From Rebecca billardiae RCC1528 (lineage: Eukaryota; Protista; Haptophyta): a DNA stretch of 64,000 nucleotides. The position numbers and the translations under genes were made by a program. Shown in pieces: positions 12,161 to 26,159 of the stretch. Position 1 is the stretch's first letter. Each line of letters starts with the position of its first letter. Location: positions 2,046,001-2,110,000 of the forward strand of contig OZ251233.1 of assembly GCA_965240325.2 (NCBI GenBank), in the 5' to 3' direction. Below the pieces are notes generated by a model. The model was not told where the DNA came from. It did not search any database and saw only the letters and a list, made by a program, of their open reading frames with translations.

Positions 12161-12928
12161 CTATCGACGGCCGAAGACGTACAGCACGACGAACACGCCC
12201 ACGACGAAGAGGAAGAGGTAGATCATGTTCCTGCCGTCCTTTGTCTGCACGAGCGCGTCCAGCCGCTTCATCGTGCCGCCCAGCAGCCCACCCGTGCGGT
12301 CAAAGTCGCTCCCCTGCGCGCGGCGCGCGGCCGGGGCGCGGCGGTGGCGTCGGCTCGGAGGAAGGCGCGCCCGCGCACCAACACAGCCGGCACCGCCGCC
12401 TCTGCGCGCCGCCGCACCATCCCGTCGAGCAGCGTGTTGTCCTCCTTCACGTGGTTGCCGATCTGGATCGTCATCTCCTTGAGCGCGGACACCTGCGCGG
12501 CCGCGGGGCGGAGGGGCTGGTGCGGCTCAGCGCGAGGGCGCGTGCACCCAGCCGCGCGCAGCGCGGGCGCCGCGACCTGCCTTGCCGTGCAGCAGGCTGA
12601 TGTGATCGTCGTTCTCGCGCTCCATGAAGCTCGTGTTGTACGCGGCACCCTGCGGGCGCGGGGCCGCGCGGGCGCAGGCAGGGGCGGCGATGGTGAGCGG
12701 GCTGTGCCGCGCCGGGCGCGAGGCGCAGCTGCAGCGCCGGCGCGCGCTCACCGCACTCGCCGAGTCTGCCGGTCCGCCATACCCGTTACCGAAGAGGGCT
12801 GCCCGACTGCGCGCACGCGCGCGCGCGGTGGGGGCCACGTCACGCTCACGCGGCTTGCAACGCGCGCGCGTGCTGGCGTTCGCCACGCACTTCTTGTCCA
12901 CGTTCCGCTGGTGCATCGCTGCGGACAT
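12161..12928 (-). CDS. BET1: Bet1-like Qc-SNARE; exons 12928-12891, 12806-12752, 12649-12581, 12492-12418, 12313-12161
   Basis: Spliced protein ...MERENDDHISLLHGKVSALKEMTIQIGNHVKEDNTLLDGMGSDFDRTGGLLGGTMKRL...MIYLFLFVVGVFVVLYVFGRR*: SNARE coil plus C-terminal TM. Intron 3 needs a GC donor. Confidence 0.88.
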
Positions 12929-13223
12929 GCAGCTCTCGTCCAGCGCGAACGTCGCGAGCGACGGCAGGCGCCGGGAAGGTGATGATGCAGGCAGCGCTCG
13001 GCGCTTGCCTGCGTCTCAGTCCACTTCCGCACGATGGCGGCGTATTCAGTGCTCCGGTCGCAAGTCGCAAGGCTTGCCGGGCTGCCCGGACGGGCGATGG
13101 CAGTGGCCCTTGGTCGTGCGGCTTGACAGTGGCGCACCAGTAGTGTACGGTGCCTCCCCGACGCGTACTGTGACACATGTTTCGAATCATCCAGCTCCAT
13201 ATTATGAAGTGATTGTGCAGTTC

Positions 13224-16289
<3,066 letters not shown>

Positions 16290-16494
16290 GGCGCGCGGCG
16301 CGAGCGCGCGGCTGCGCGCGCGGCGCGCGGCGGCGAGGCACGGGCGGGGCGGGGCGGGGCGCGTGCGGCCGGTCGGCGGCGCGGGCGACGAGGGCGCGCG
16401 CGCAGGCCCGGGCAGCCACCCTCGCCCACCACCCACGCCCACCGCCCACGCCCACCACCCCCACCGCGGGGCCGGCAGCCGCGTGCGACAGCAG

Positions 16495-16580
16495 CAGCCT
16501 CAGACGCAATCGTAAACGTCCCTCATGCGTATGGGTTCGTCGGACATATGCTTGTCATGAGATATGCTCATCATCGGCTG
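16495..16580 (-). ncRNA. Box C/D snoRNA, U27/snR74-like (18S Am27/28 guide)
   Basis: Minus strand: CAGCC stem, box C ATGATGA (16574-16568), guide GACAAGCATATG complementary to the conserved 18S 5' CAUAUGCUUGUC, D' CCGA, box D CTGA (16503-16500), GGCTG stem. Confidence 0.88.
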
Positions 16581-16856
16581 TGCTGTGCCGTGCCGCGCCG
16601 CAGCCGGCCGAGGACCGGCCTGGCCCCGGGCGCGCGCGCGTGTGCGGGCGGGTGCGTGCGCACGCTTGCGTGTGTGTACGCGCTGGCTGCGCGCACCGAG
16701 GCGGACGGCGATGTGGCCCAGGCGGCGGGCGCCGAGCGCACTCGACCTATGAGCGCCAGGGCACGGGGGCCGGGAGTCGCCAGTGAGCCCGCCGCGGCGC
16801 GCGCGCACGCGCGCGGCGCGAGCGCGCCGTCGCGCCGCCTGCCCCCACCCCCCGCA

Positions 16857-16941
16857 GGCATTCAGCGTAAGGATGACACTGGGTTATCAGCACGGGTTGT
16901 GTGCTCAGCGAGATTCCCATTCGGTCGATCATCACAATGCC
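16857..16941 (-). ncRNA. Box C/D snoRNA, U79-like LSU guide (D') plus a U6-complementary guide (D)
   Basis: Minus strand: GGCAT/ATGCC stem, box C GTGATGA, guide TGGGAATCTCG (pairs LSU CGAGAUUCCCA), D' CTGA, internal hairpin, C' TGATAA, guide GTGTCATCCTT (pairs U6 AAGGAUGACAC), box D CTGA. Confidence 0.88.
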
Positions 16942-16997
16942 CGCGAGACGCGCGCGCACGCCCCCACCCCCCGGCCGCACCGCCAGCGCGCGCGCGC

Positions 16998-17088
16998 GTG
17001 TTACTCAGTCCTGTTGAGCTTTGAGTTCGGTGCCGCCACCCGGCCGCTGGGCCGTACGGTCGGTCGATCGATGTCTTCACCGCAACAC
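16998..17088 (-). ncRNA. Box C/D snoRNA, LSU rRNA guide
   Basis: Minus strand: terminal stem GTGTT/AACAC, variant box C GTGAAGA (17080-17074), guide AAGCTCAACAGG complementary to the conserved LSU CCUGUUGAGCUU, box D CTGA (17008-17005). Confidence 0.8.
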
Positions 17089-17403
17089 GCGCGCGGCGAG
17101 TGCAGGCGCGCGTGCATGGCGGGCGTCGAGCCCGCCCCCGGTGCGCATGCCCGCCCCTCACGCCCGTCGCGCACCCGCCCTGTCGCCCGGGTCGCCCCCG
17201 CGCGCGCACCGTCGCCGATGAGCCACGAGGTCCCCCCCTCCAGGGGCGAGGACCGGAAAAGCCGCCCGGACGCACTTCGCGCCTCGGCCCTCGCGCGGCT
17301 ATTTTCATTTTTTTGGCAGCATCAGAGTGCCCTCCCAAGCGCCGACATCCCTCCAGCCGGCGCCGCCATCATAATCGAAGCTACTACCTAGGGGCCGGCG
17401 GCC

Positions 17404-18514
17404 ATGCTGTACGCCGACAAACGCGCGCTCGAGACGAACCTCAAGGTGAGCTTGCTGCAGATCCGCGAGCGTGAGCTCAACTTTTACACGCAGAACTGCC
17501 TGGCGGTCGGCACGCAGTCGGCGCTGCTCGCCGGCTTTGCCTTTGCCGGCCTGACGCAGGTGTCCGTGCCGCACGACGCGCACTACGCGGTCAAGCTGCT
17601 GTACCTGCTGTTCACGACGGGCGCGATGAGCTGCGAGCTCATCGCGGTGCTCAACACGACGCTCCTCTCGATGCTCGGCCCCGGCCTCGCGCTGCGCGGG
17701 CCGGACGGCAGCATGCACAAGGCGGTGGACGGGATGATGTACGAGTACCGCAAGGCCTTCTTCACGTTTGGCCTCGGCCTGATCGCCTTCCACTTCTCCG
17801 CGCTGCTCTTCGGCTGGCTCATGTTCCGCACACGTGCGCGCGCGCGCGTCGGGCGCGCGGCCCGCCGACAGCGAGCGCGCGGGCGCCCGTCTGACCTGAC
17901 CCGCCCAGCACGCGTGCGCGCGCGCGCGCGCTCGCGCTCGGCGGCATGCGCGACTCGGCCGCAGCGGTCGCCATCAGCATCACGCTGTGTGTTGTTACCG
18001 CGCTGTACGTGCTGTACCGCTACGTCGTGCGCATCTTCGCCAAGTTCCAGCTCCCGAAGAACATGGTCATCTCCGGCCGCTTCTCGCCGGACACGGAGCT
18101 CACGGCGCCGGGCGCGTCCGGTGTGGATGCGCAGGAGCAGCAGACGCTCGGACGGTGTGCGCACGCCGCGCGGCGCGCGCAGCGCGGCGCCTCGCCTCGC
18201 GCCGGCGGCGCGCGAGTGTGCTCACACGCTCGAGCCCGCCAGCGCCCGCCTCGCTGCGCGCGCGCAGGCTGATCTCGAGGGAGCAGCATGGCTCCGTCCC
18301 GGCGGCGGGCGCCGGCGCGGCCGGCGCCGACCCTCCTGGCCAACCGTCCCTGGGTGGGCAATCGGCGTGCGGAGGTGGCGGCGCGGGCGAGCAGCCGGGC
18401 GCCAGCGCCGGTGCACCGCCGCCCGCCGGTGCTGGAGCGGGGCCGTCGCGCGCAGATGCCGACTTGCGACCTCACCGAGGTGGCGGCGGCTGGCTGAGGT
18501 TTGGCAGCAGCTGA
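17404..18514 (+). CDS. Orai-like four-TM channel protein; introns 17834-17964 and 18155-18267
   Basis: TM1 SALLAGFAFAGLTQV resembles Orai SALLSGFAMVAMVEV. TM3 ends LLFGWLMF (Orai LLCWVKF). TM4 PVAISITLCVV. Canonical GT-AG introns restore the frame. Confidence 0.72.
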
Positions 18515-18679
18515 GCCTGAGTTGCGCCAGCAGTATGTTCCACTGATCGTCGGTCTGCACTCTGCTCGCCAATCGCCATGGCTCGTGCTGATCACAGATC
18601 AGCAGAAATGCGCGCGCAGAGAGGATCATGCGCGGAGAGCCTGGTGACGTTGGCAAGTTGGCGCGTCACAGTCCGAGTC

Positions 18680-20428
18680 TAGGGGGGCCAAAGTGGCACT
18701 GTGACGTGACTGACGGCTACGAGCGCTGGTCCTAGCCTAGTACGGTCGGACGGTCCTAGCGAGTTAGTTTAGCGCTGAATTGGGGCTGGATCATATGCCC
18801 TCTGGAGGGGTCTGGGCCAGCCAAGTAAAAAAATCAGGTGCACATACCCTGAATATAGGGCGTAACGGCTAGCATATTTACTTATTAGAATGAGCCTGAA
18901 CTTATTGGAAACGGCATGTAACGGCTGCCTTATATGTGACATATAGACCATGTCGACTTCATTCTTTGATAGAGCTAATCTCGGCGAGATCGTTCTGAGT
19001 CCCCAGCAGCAGCAGGTCCCAACATGCGATATATAGGCTGTGTACTGGCAGGCTGTCAAACACGTAGTTTCCTAGAAGCCACTGGTCGTTACATACCCAC
19101 CGTGTATATAGACGCCATGCTGATGAATACAGTCTCGTCTGATCTCGAGCCGCGAGATACGTTTTCAGACTGTGTATACGGCCATGCGTACGGCGTATTG
19201 CAGACATAGTAGACCCAAAGCACCGGCCCCATGTCCTCAGCCCGGGAGTACTCTCGGTCATAATCAAGGTTTAAAGTCACTCGAGCCAACCGTCACCGCT
19301 CCATGGCCGAGACCTACGAGGCAGGTCAAATCTGTCGTCGTCGCAGTGCGGCACAGTGCCGAGCATGCGATTCGGCAGCAAACGCCTGCTCCAGGTGGTG
19401 GCTGGCGTCTCTGCACCAAACCAGGCCGGATGGGATCGGTCCATATATGTACGCCCTACCCTGTTCCGCGCTATTCCTGGGCGTTGGGGCGGATATTCGG
19501 CCTACAGAGGCTGATCCGGCGCTGTTCGGCGCTCCTGTCTGGCTGCGCGGAGCCCAATGGCAAGCGCCGGCGTGTGCAAGGTGTCAAGATTGAGACGGTC
19601 TCTGACGCTCCCGCCGGTCTTGGGCGCACCACGGTGCATTGAGGCCCATCTGCGTCTGTTTCTGCAGGCATGCGCGTCACAGGGGCGCGCTTGTAGGCAC
19701 GGTCGAGTGCACGTCGGACCTGTCGAATGAGCCATCCGCTGCCTGCGAGCACGTCCGCGACGTCCTGAGAGGCGAATGGGAGGCGCCCCGACGCCATCTG
19801 GGGGCACGCGTGACCCATACCCAACGTGCTGACCATCGCAAGTGCCACGGCAGGTGCAAACACGGGCCCTACGAGCGGAACATGACAGTTGCGGGCTCCG
19901 CGGAGGTGTTGCGCGCGAGCTCGCGCCGGTCTGCTGACGGCGATTCCGGCGCAGCACGGCAGGTTAGGCGAGCTGGGCATCCACGGATACACATGAACAC
20001 TTGGGGCGAGCATCGATCTCGCCGGGGCGAGTTGATCTTGAGCCACAAGGAGGGGTAGCTTGACGGGCGTACGCAGCGCAGCAATTCAAGCCGGCCGACG
20101 CGCGCCGCGCACGGCGCGAGGTGGCCAAGAACCGGGTGGTGAGCCGCTGGTGGCGCAAAGACAAGGGTCAGAAGCGCCCACCAGGGTCACGCGCGCGCGC
20201 TCCCGAGACCATCTCGGCGTATCATGGGACGCGAGCGCGCGGCGGTCCAATGCCTCCGGCCGCTCGTGCTCGAGCGGAACCGAGCTCTGAGCGCCCGAAC
20301 GCGTCGGAGCTCGATTTTCGAGCGGGGTCCGAGAAAAAGGCTCCGCGCCACCCTAAAAGGCCGAGGGAGGAGCGAAAATGCGCCGCGGCTTTGATTTTCT
20401 TTTTTAAATGAGCGGTTTGGCCCCCCTA
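18680..20428. mobile_element. Non-autonomous hAT-like DNA transposon
   Basis: Perfect 13-bp TIR TAGGGGGGCCAAA (18680-18692) / TTTGGCCCCCCTA (20416-20428). Flanking direct repeat CCGAGTC at 18673-18679 and 20429-20435. Confidence 0.75.
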
Positions 20429-20472
20429 CCGAGTCGGTCGAAGATACATACATACATACATACATACATACA

Positions 20473-21847
20473 TAGCGTCTTAACCCCTATTGTGGAACGG
20501 ACCCCTATTGTGGAACGGCGCCAGTTTTTCCTATGTAGAGCTCGGATGTCGCGGAGGCGATGAGATCGGCGGCTACCGCCGTGTGCGCCTGGCCAAGGCG
20601 CGTCCAACGAGCCCAAGAACGTCGCCATAGCCCCACCCCAGCGCCGTCCGCTGCCGATCGTTTGCTGGAGTCAGAGCTGAGAATCTGGTGTGAAAAAATG
20701 GTTTTCGGCTCCTGTAGGCCGAAGCTTCGGCCGGGAGGGCGCGCACGGTATTTTTGGGAGCTCCCCGAGAGCAGCCCGGGCAGGGAATCAAGCCGGCTTG
20801 CCGCTGCCGCACTCGTGGATGGAGCGCGAGTGACACGAATTGGGTCAGGTCAGCATGGCTGATTCCTGGGTTGGAGGGTCGAGGACGCCCCGCCGCGGCG
20901 GGGGGCGGTGCGGCGGCGCGAGCTGACTGGTGGCGATGATGAACGCGTAGCCGAAGGTGCCGGACCGTCAGGCGACGCCCAACCCCGCAAAGCAGCTTCA
21001 TCGCCTGCCGACCGCGCGAGAGCCGCGCCGCGCGAAGCGGCTGGGCGCGAGTGGACTACGACCCGCCGGATGCAGCCATCAGGGACTGTGTGTAGAGCGG
21101 GGAGCTGGCGTGAGGGCACAGCTGTCGCCGACTTCGGCTCATATGCCGTGACAACGGGCCACGCTCTGTCGGATGGTGAAGGACCCGACCAGCCCGTCGA
21201 GGCCGCTGGGGCTGAAGCCGCGGCTGAGCGGCTGTGACGGTCGAGCAGATGCACACCAACTGGGTCGCGGAGATAGCGCTACTCGGCTTCGCGCCGACCA
21301 CGCGGCAGGTCTGCATCGATGCGGCGCTCCTCTTCCTGCGTAGCGGCGCGCCCTTCTCGACGCTCTCCAGCATGCCCTGGAAGCGGTGGTGTCGGCGGCG
21401 GCTCCGGCGCCACGCGAAGGCGAGCGAGCGTCGATGACGGACACGCTCGTCGACCGCATCACTCATCGTGGAGAGGGTTCGCGCGGGCAAGACGTGCCCC
21501 CCGGCGGCTGCGGGGTCGAGGGCGGGTGCCCACACCACCAGCACGCCGGCGAGCGCCAGTGGGCCGACTGCGAACGCTCAGGAGCCAGCAGTGGCACCGT
21601 CCTGAGCGAGGAACCAAAATCGTTCCACAATAGGGGTCAGTCGACCCGTCGACGCACCCCGCGCGCGCGCGCGCGCGCGCGCGCGCGCGGGGGCTAGTTT
21701 CGAGCTCCGCACCTTCAGAGGTGTATGGTCCCTTCGGTAGGACCCATGGCCAGTACCTGACACCTTAAGATCGCTCGCCGAGCCGCACTACCTCGCCCTA
21801 GGGGCGGAAAACCCGAAAATCGTTCCACAATAGGGGTTAAGACGTTA
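20473..21847. mobile_element. Non-autonomous TIR element inside a (TACA)n tract, with a possible hAT transposase remnant
   Basis: 27-bp TIR TAGCGTCTTAACCCCTATTGTGGAACG / CGTTCCACAATAGGGGTTAAGACGTTA (1 mismatch). Extra CCCCTATTGTGGAACG copies near 20502 and 21621. Internal peptide AALLFLRSGAPFSTLSSMPWKRW resembles the hAT post-BED helix. TSD not resolvable. Confidence 0.75.
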
Positions 21848-21854
21848 CATGTGT

Positions 21855-21965
21855 ATACATACATACATACATACATACATACATACATACATACATACAT
21901 ACATACATACATACATACATACATACATACATACCGATACATATATATATATACATATATATATG

Positions 21966-22003
<38 letters not shown>

Positions 22004-22020
22004 TACATCACACACACACA
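21855..22020. repeat. Compound microsatellite (TACA)n-(TA)n-(CA)n
   Basis: Directly visible. Confidence 0.95.
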
Positions 22021-22599
22021 GTGCAGCGCGCATTATTGATGAGACTGCGACGACGCGGGCGTGTGCACTGCGGTGTGCACTGTGACACTCACACTGTGCG
22101 CCGCCCGCGGACCGGACGCCGGGCGGGCGATGCGACCGCGACGCCCGACGCCCCGACGGCGCACACGGCACAGTGACAGTAGCCGGCGGGCGGCAGCGCC
22201 GCGGCCCGGGCGCGCCGCGGGCCCGCCGCCACTACAGTGCCCATCGCCGTCGGCGCCGCGCAGCAGTGGACGGCGGTGCGCGGCCCGGGCAGCAGTGCCA
22301 GTGGGCGTGGCCCGGCCCGGGGCCCGGGGCCCGCAGCGCCAGCCCGTGACCGCCTGTCTGCTGGCGCGGCGACGGCGCACGAGACGCGACCGCGCAGCCT
22401 GTCTAGCGCAGGATACCGCCAGCCGGGCATGCCCATCAGGCGCCGGGCCGCATCTCTGCGGTGAGACTTGGCCTGCGTGGCAGCCTGCCCCGGAGCCCCA
22501 AGCCCGCAATTCCAGTCGAGCAGAGCTCGGCCCCCGCGTGCAACGACGCGCTTTGAGGCGCGGACGGCCTTGAGCGCGTCGCCGGGCCTTGGTGGGGAC

Positions 22600-23450
22600 A
22601 ACAGCTACCGTGCACGTCATCGTCGCGTCCGTGACCGCCCCCACCTCGACCGCATACGAGCGCGGAGGCAGCTCCCACTCGGAGAGCAGAGCGATGCACT
22701 CGAGGTCAGCCGCAAAGTAGCCGCGCAGAAAGCGCATGGAGGCCGCAGACAGCGAGCTGCGCGCGTGCCCGCTCGACGATGCGTGCGCGCGCGCAAGCAA
22801 CGGCGCAGCGGCACGGAGCGGGGCCTGCGCCGTCCAATCACTCCAGCCAAACGCGCGCGAGAGCGCAGGCATCATCGCCTTCCAGCTCTCCTCAAAATGC
22901 TCCGTCGTACCGACGAATGCCAGCCGTGCGCGCACGCGCTCGAGCCCCTCCGTGCCGCCCATGTAGTGCGCGATGCCGGTGGGTGTGCTGCACGTGCTCG
23001 AAGACCTGCTGCATCGCCTCGTGTGCGCGGGGGCTGGCGGCGATCACCTCCAGCAGGTTCCGGAGGTCGACGTGCAGCGCGCTCAGGCACTCATTAACCG
23101 ACCGACTGGGTCCCGGACCCAGAGCAAGATGGGCGCGTGCTGCGCCCTCTGGGCGAGCATGTCGGCGCGGGCGAAGATGAGCGTACTCCTCCTCTTGACG
23201 AAGCTGGGGCATGCGGTGTGATTGCTCTCGATAAGCGGGCCGCTGACGAACGCCATGGTGCAGGAACGACTCTTCTGTGATTACGTCGTCCACGAGGCCG
23301 TGGATGCACAGCTGCGTGAGCCAGGAGTCCACGCTCCCGCCACCGGCCTTTCCCATGTGCACGTAGACAATGCTCCGCGATCTTTCCGCCGACGCTGCCG
23401 CCCAGTAGGAGTACTGTTGCCAAGCAGGATCCTCCCTGCCATCGACGCCA
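22600..23450 (-). pseudogene. Frameshifted sulfotransferase-family gene
   Basis: 5'-PSB motif IVYVHMGKAGGGSV, 3'-PB motif LLWVRDPVGR and C-terminal FVGTTEHFEESW lie in alternating frames with no intron-sized gaps. Boundaries approximate. Confidence 0.62.
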
Positions 23451-23818
23451 TGCTGTCGCGACGCCTCGGGGCTTCGGGGTGCCTCCTCGGCATCACGATC
23501 ACATGCAAATTCTACTACTACGAATTCTTCATACGGTCATGTATGAATACATGATACTACTACCCATATTGATGATGCAAGATGACTGTGTGCACTGTAT
23601 GATATTCGGATAAGCCAGGCTTCGTCAATGTGCAGAGTAACATATAAGTAAAAGTTTGAAATGTACCTTCCTCTGAGAACCTCTCGGTCGCCGAACGAAT
23701 CTCGAATTGGTGCCACACAAGGTGCGGGTGCATCGCCAGCTGCTCATCAATCAGGCTTTGCTCGGCTGGACGCTGGTGAGCACCTGGGGCAGGGGGACGA
23801 GGCCCAGCCCTCGTGAGC

Positions 23819-26159
23819 ATGGGCAGCTCGGATGCCCTAGACGCGGCGGTGCGGAAGCTGTGGAATCACGACGTGGCGGGTGGCGACGCCATCTGCCTGC
23901 ACATGCCGCAGCAGCCGTTTGCCGTCACCCACGCCTCTGCCGCGTTCGGCCGGCTGGTCGCCGACCACCAGTTTGCGCGCGACCGGCCTGCGACGCTTGT
24001 CGAGCTGATGGCCAACGAGGCGGAGTTCACGGCTCGGGAGATGTACGGGCGCTTCGTGCGCGTGATACAGTCCGCCCGCCCCCGCAGCACGCTGCCGCGC
24101 CTCACGTGGAAGCCGTTCCACGACCAGTCGAAGGTGCTGGAGACGCAGATGCACGTGATCGACACCCTCACCTACGTCTCCGTCACGCGCGACGTGACGC
24201 TGACGGCGCACAAGGCGCGCCGCGCGGTGTACAAGGCGTCGATCACCGTCCACCGCACGCTCGTGCACGCGCTCAACGACTCGCACAAGAACTCCGTCCT
24301 GCGCGCGCTCACGTACGTGGAGAATGCAAACAACGACCTGCAGGCGATGATGGCGGCGGTCGACAAGTGCATGGGCAAGGACGCCGACGGCGCGGGCGCG
24401 GAGGCGGCGAAGCTGGTGCGCGGCGCGGACGAGACGCGCAGCACGCTCGCCGCCGCCTCGCACGAGCTGCACGTCTCGCTCGCCCACTTCTCCCTCGAGT
24501 GCGCGCGGCACGAGATCAGCGCGGGCGCGTACGTTGTCAACCCCACCTGGCAGGACGTGCGCGCGCTCTTCGCCGGGGCGCACGCGTTCCCGGCGGTGAG
24601 CGTGCGGGTGGCCGGCGCGGTGGGGCTCGTGCCGAGCCTGCGCGTGCCCGACGTCTTCCTCGACCCCACGCCGATGCGCCTCGCCGTCGCCGACGCGCTC
24701 GCGAACGCGCGCGCGTACGGGCTGCCGCCCTTCTGCGTCGACATCGCAGTGCGCTCGGGCGAGCTGCTCGTGAGCGTGAGCAACGCGCCCGGGACGGACC
24801 ACCACCGGATGTGCGAGGTGCTGAACGACAAGGAGACGCTGGAGAGGCTGTTCGAGCAGGACCTCAAGCTGTACGACGCGCTCGCCGGCCTCGCGGCCTC
24901 CGGCATGGACGACGACGACACCGCGTCGGATGGCTCGAACGACGGCGTGCCCAGACGACGAGACCTCGGCGCCGGCCTGCGGTGCGCCGCGCGCGCCACC
25001 GCGCGCGCGCGCGAGTGGGATGCGCGCCGCGCGGCGCTCACGCGCGCGCGCGCCGCCTGTGCCGCGCAGCTTCCTCCGCACCGCCGCCAAGATGCTCGGC
25101 GGAGACGTCTCGCTCGAGCTCACGCCCACGTCCGCAAAGACGACGATCCGCTGTCCCGTCACCGTCAAGTCGGAGGGACGGAGGCTGTGCGCGACGGACG
25201 TGCTGGCCATGTACCGCATCCCGCCGGGGGCGACGGTGCTCGTGGTGGACGACTCGCGCGTGGTGCGCACCACGATGAAGGCGCGCGCGAAGAAGCACCT
25301 CTGCACCGACGGCGTCGAGCTCGCCGTGCTGCCCGACGTGCGCGCCCCCGACGAGAGCGCGGACGCGCGCGACGCGCTCGGCCGGTACGAGGAGACGCTG
25401 AGCGCCATGGTGACCAAGGGGCGCGTGGTGCTGCTCACGGACCAGAACCTGGGCGCCGGGCTGCCGCTGGGCACCGACGTGATCGCCGCGGTGCGCGCGC
25501 GCGTGCCCCACGCGCAGTACAACCTGGTCGCCTTCGTCGTCTCCGCCAACACGGAGGGCACGGACAGGCAGTACTACCTGAGCAAGGGCGCGGACGGCGT
25601 GATGGGCAAGGGCAAGGACGACCTGCTCAACAGCCTGGTGGACATCATGAACGCGTGCACCAGGCGCTTCGAGCCCTCGGCGTGCCGCAAGCCGAAGGAG
25701 AAGGAGGAGAAGGGCGGCGGCGGCAAGAGCGTGCAGAAGACGCCGACCAGGCGCGAGTCCAACGCCAACGGCGGCAAGGCCGCCCCCGCCTCGCCCAAGC
25801 TCCTCCTCCCCCTCGCAGTCGATCCGCACAAGCTGCTCGCTCAGCCGATCGCCGAGGTGCCCGCAGAGGCGCAGGCGCGCGCCGACGCGGGCTCGGACGG
25901 CGGCAGCTCGGACACCACGTCGACCTCCGAGTCGGAGGACGAGGAGGACTCCGACTCGGACAGCCTCTTCACCGACTCGGACTCGGACCTCGACTTCTCA
26001 GCCATCAACATCGACCCGAGCCTGCTCAGCGCAATCGGCATGCCGCTGCCGTCGACGCCGCGGTACACGACGACGTGGAAGCCGCCGTCGCAGTTCGGCC
26101 TGGGCAACTCGGAGGAGATTCAGATCAGGCCGGAGATTGAGGTCACGCCGGCCAGGTAG
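23819..26159 (+). CDS. Hybrid histidine kinase / response regulator; intron 24982-25069 (5' end uncertain)
   Basis: HATPase N-box-like ADALANARAYG and G2-like DLGAGLR/FLRTAAKMLGGDV. Receiver domain VLVVDDS...LLTDQNLG...VVSAN...GADGVMGK. Acidic C-terminal tail. Confidence 0.75.

Noticed and set aside
16690-16790. Possible H/ACA snoRNA between the C/D snoRNAs
   Set aside because: An ACA is present but there is no ANANNA H box or convincing two-hairpin fold.
19300-19600. Copia retrotransposon call
   Set aside because: One weak peptide resemblance, with no LTR, PBS or YVDD motif.
20480-21840. piggyBac call from TTAA|CCCC...GGGG|TTAA
   Set aside because: Inverted symmetry continues 7 bp outside the TTAA, so TTAA is probably part of the TIR rather than a TSD.
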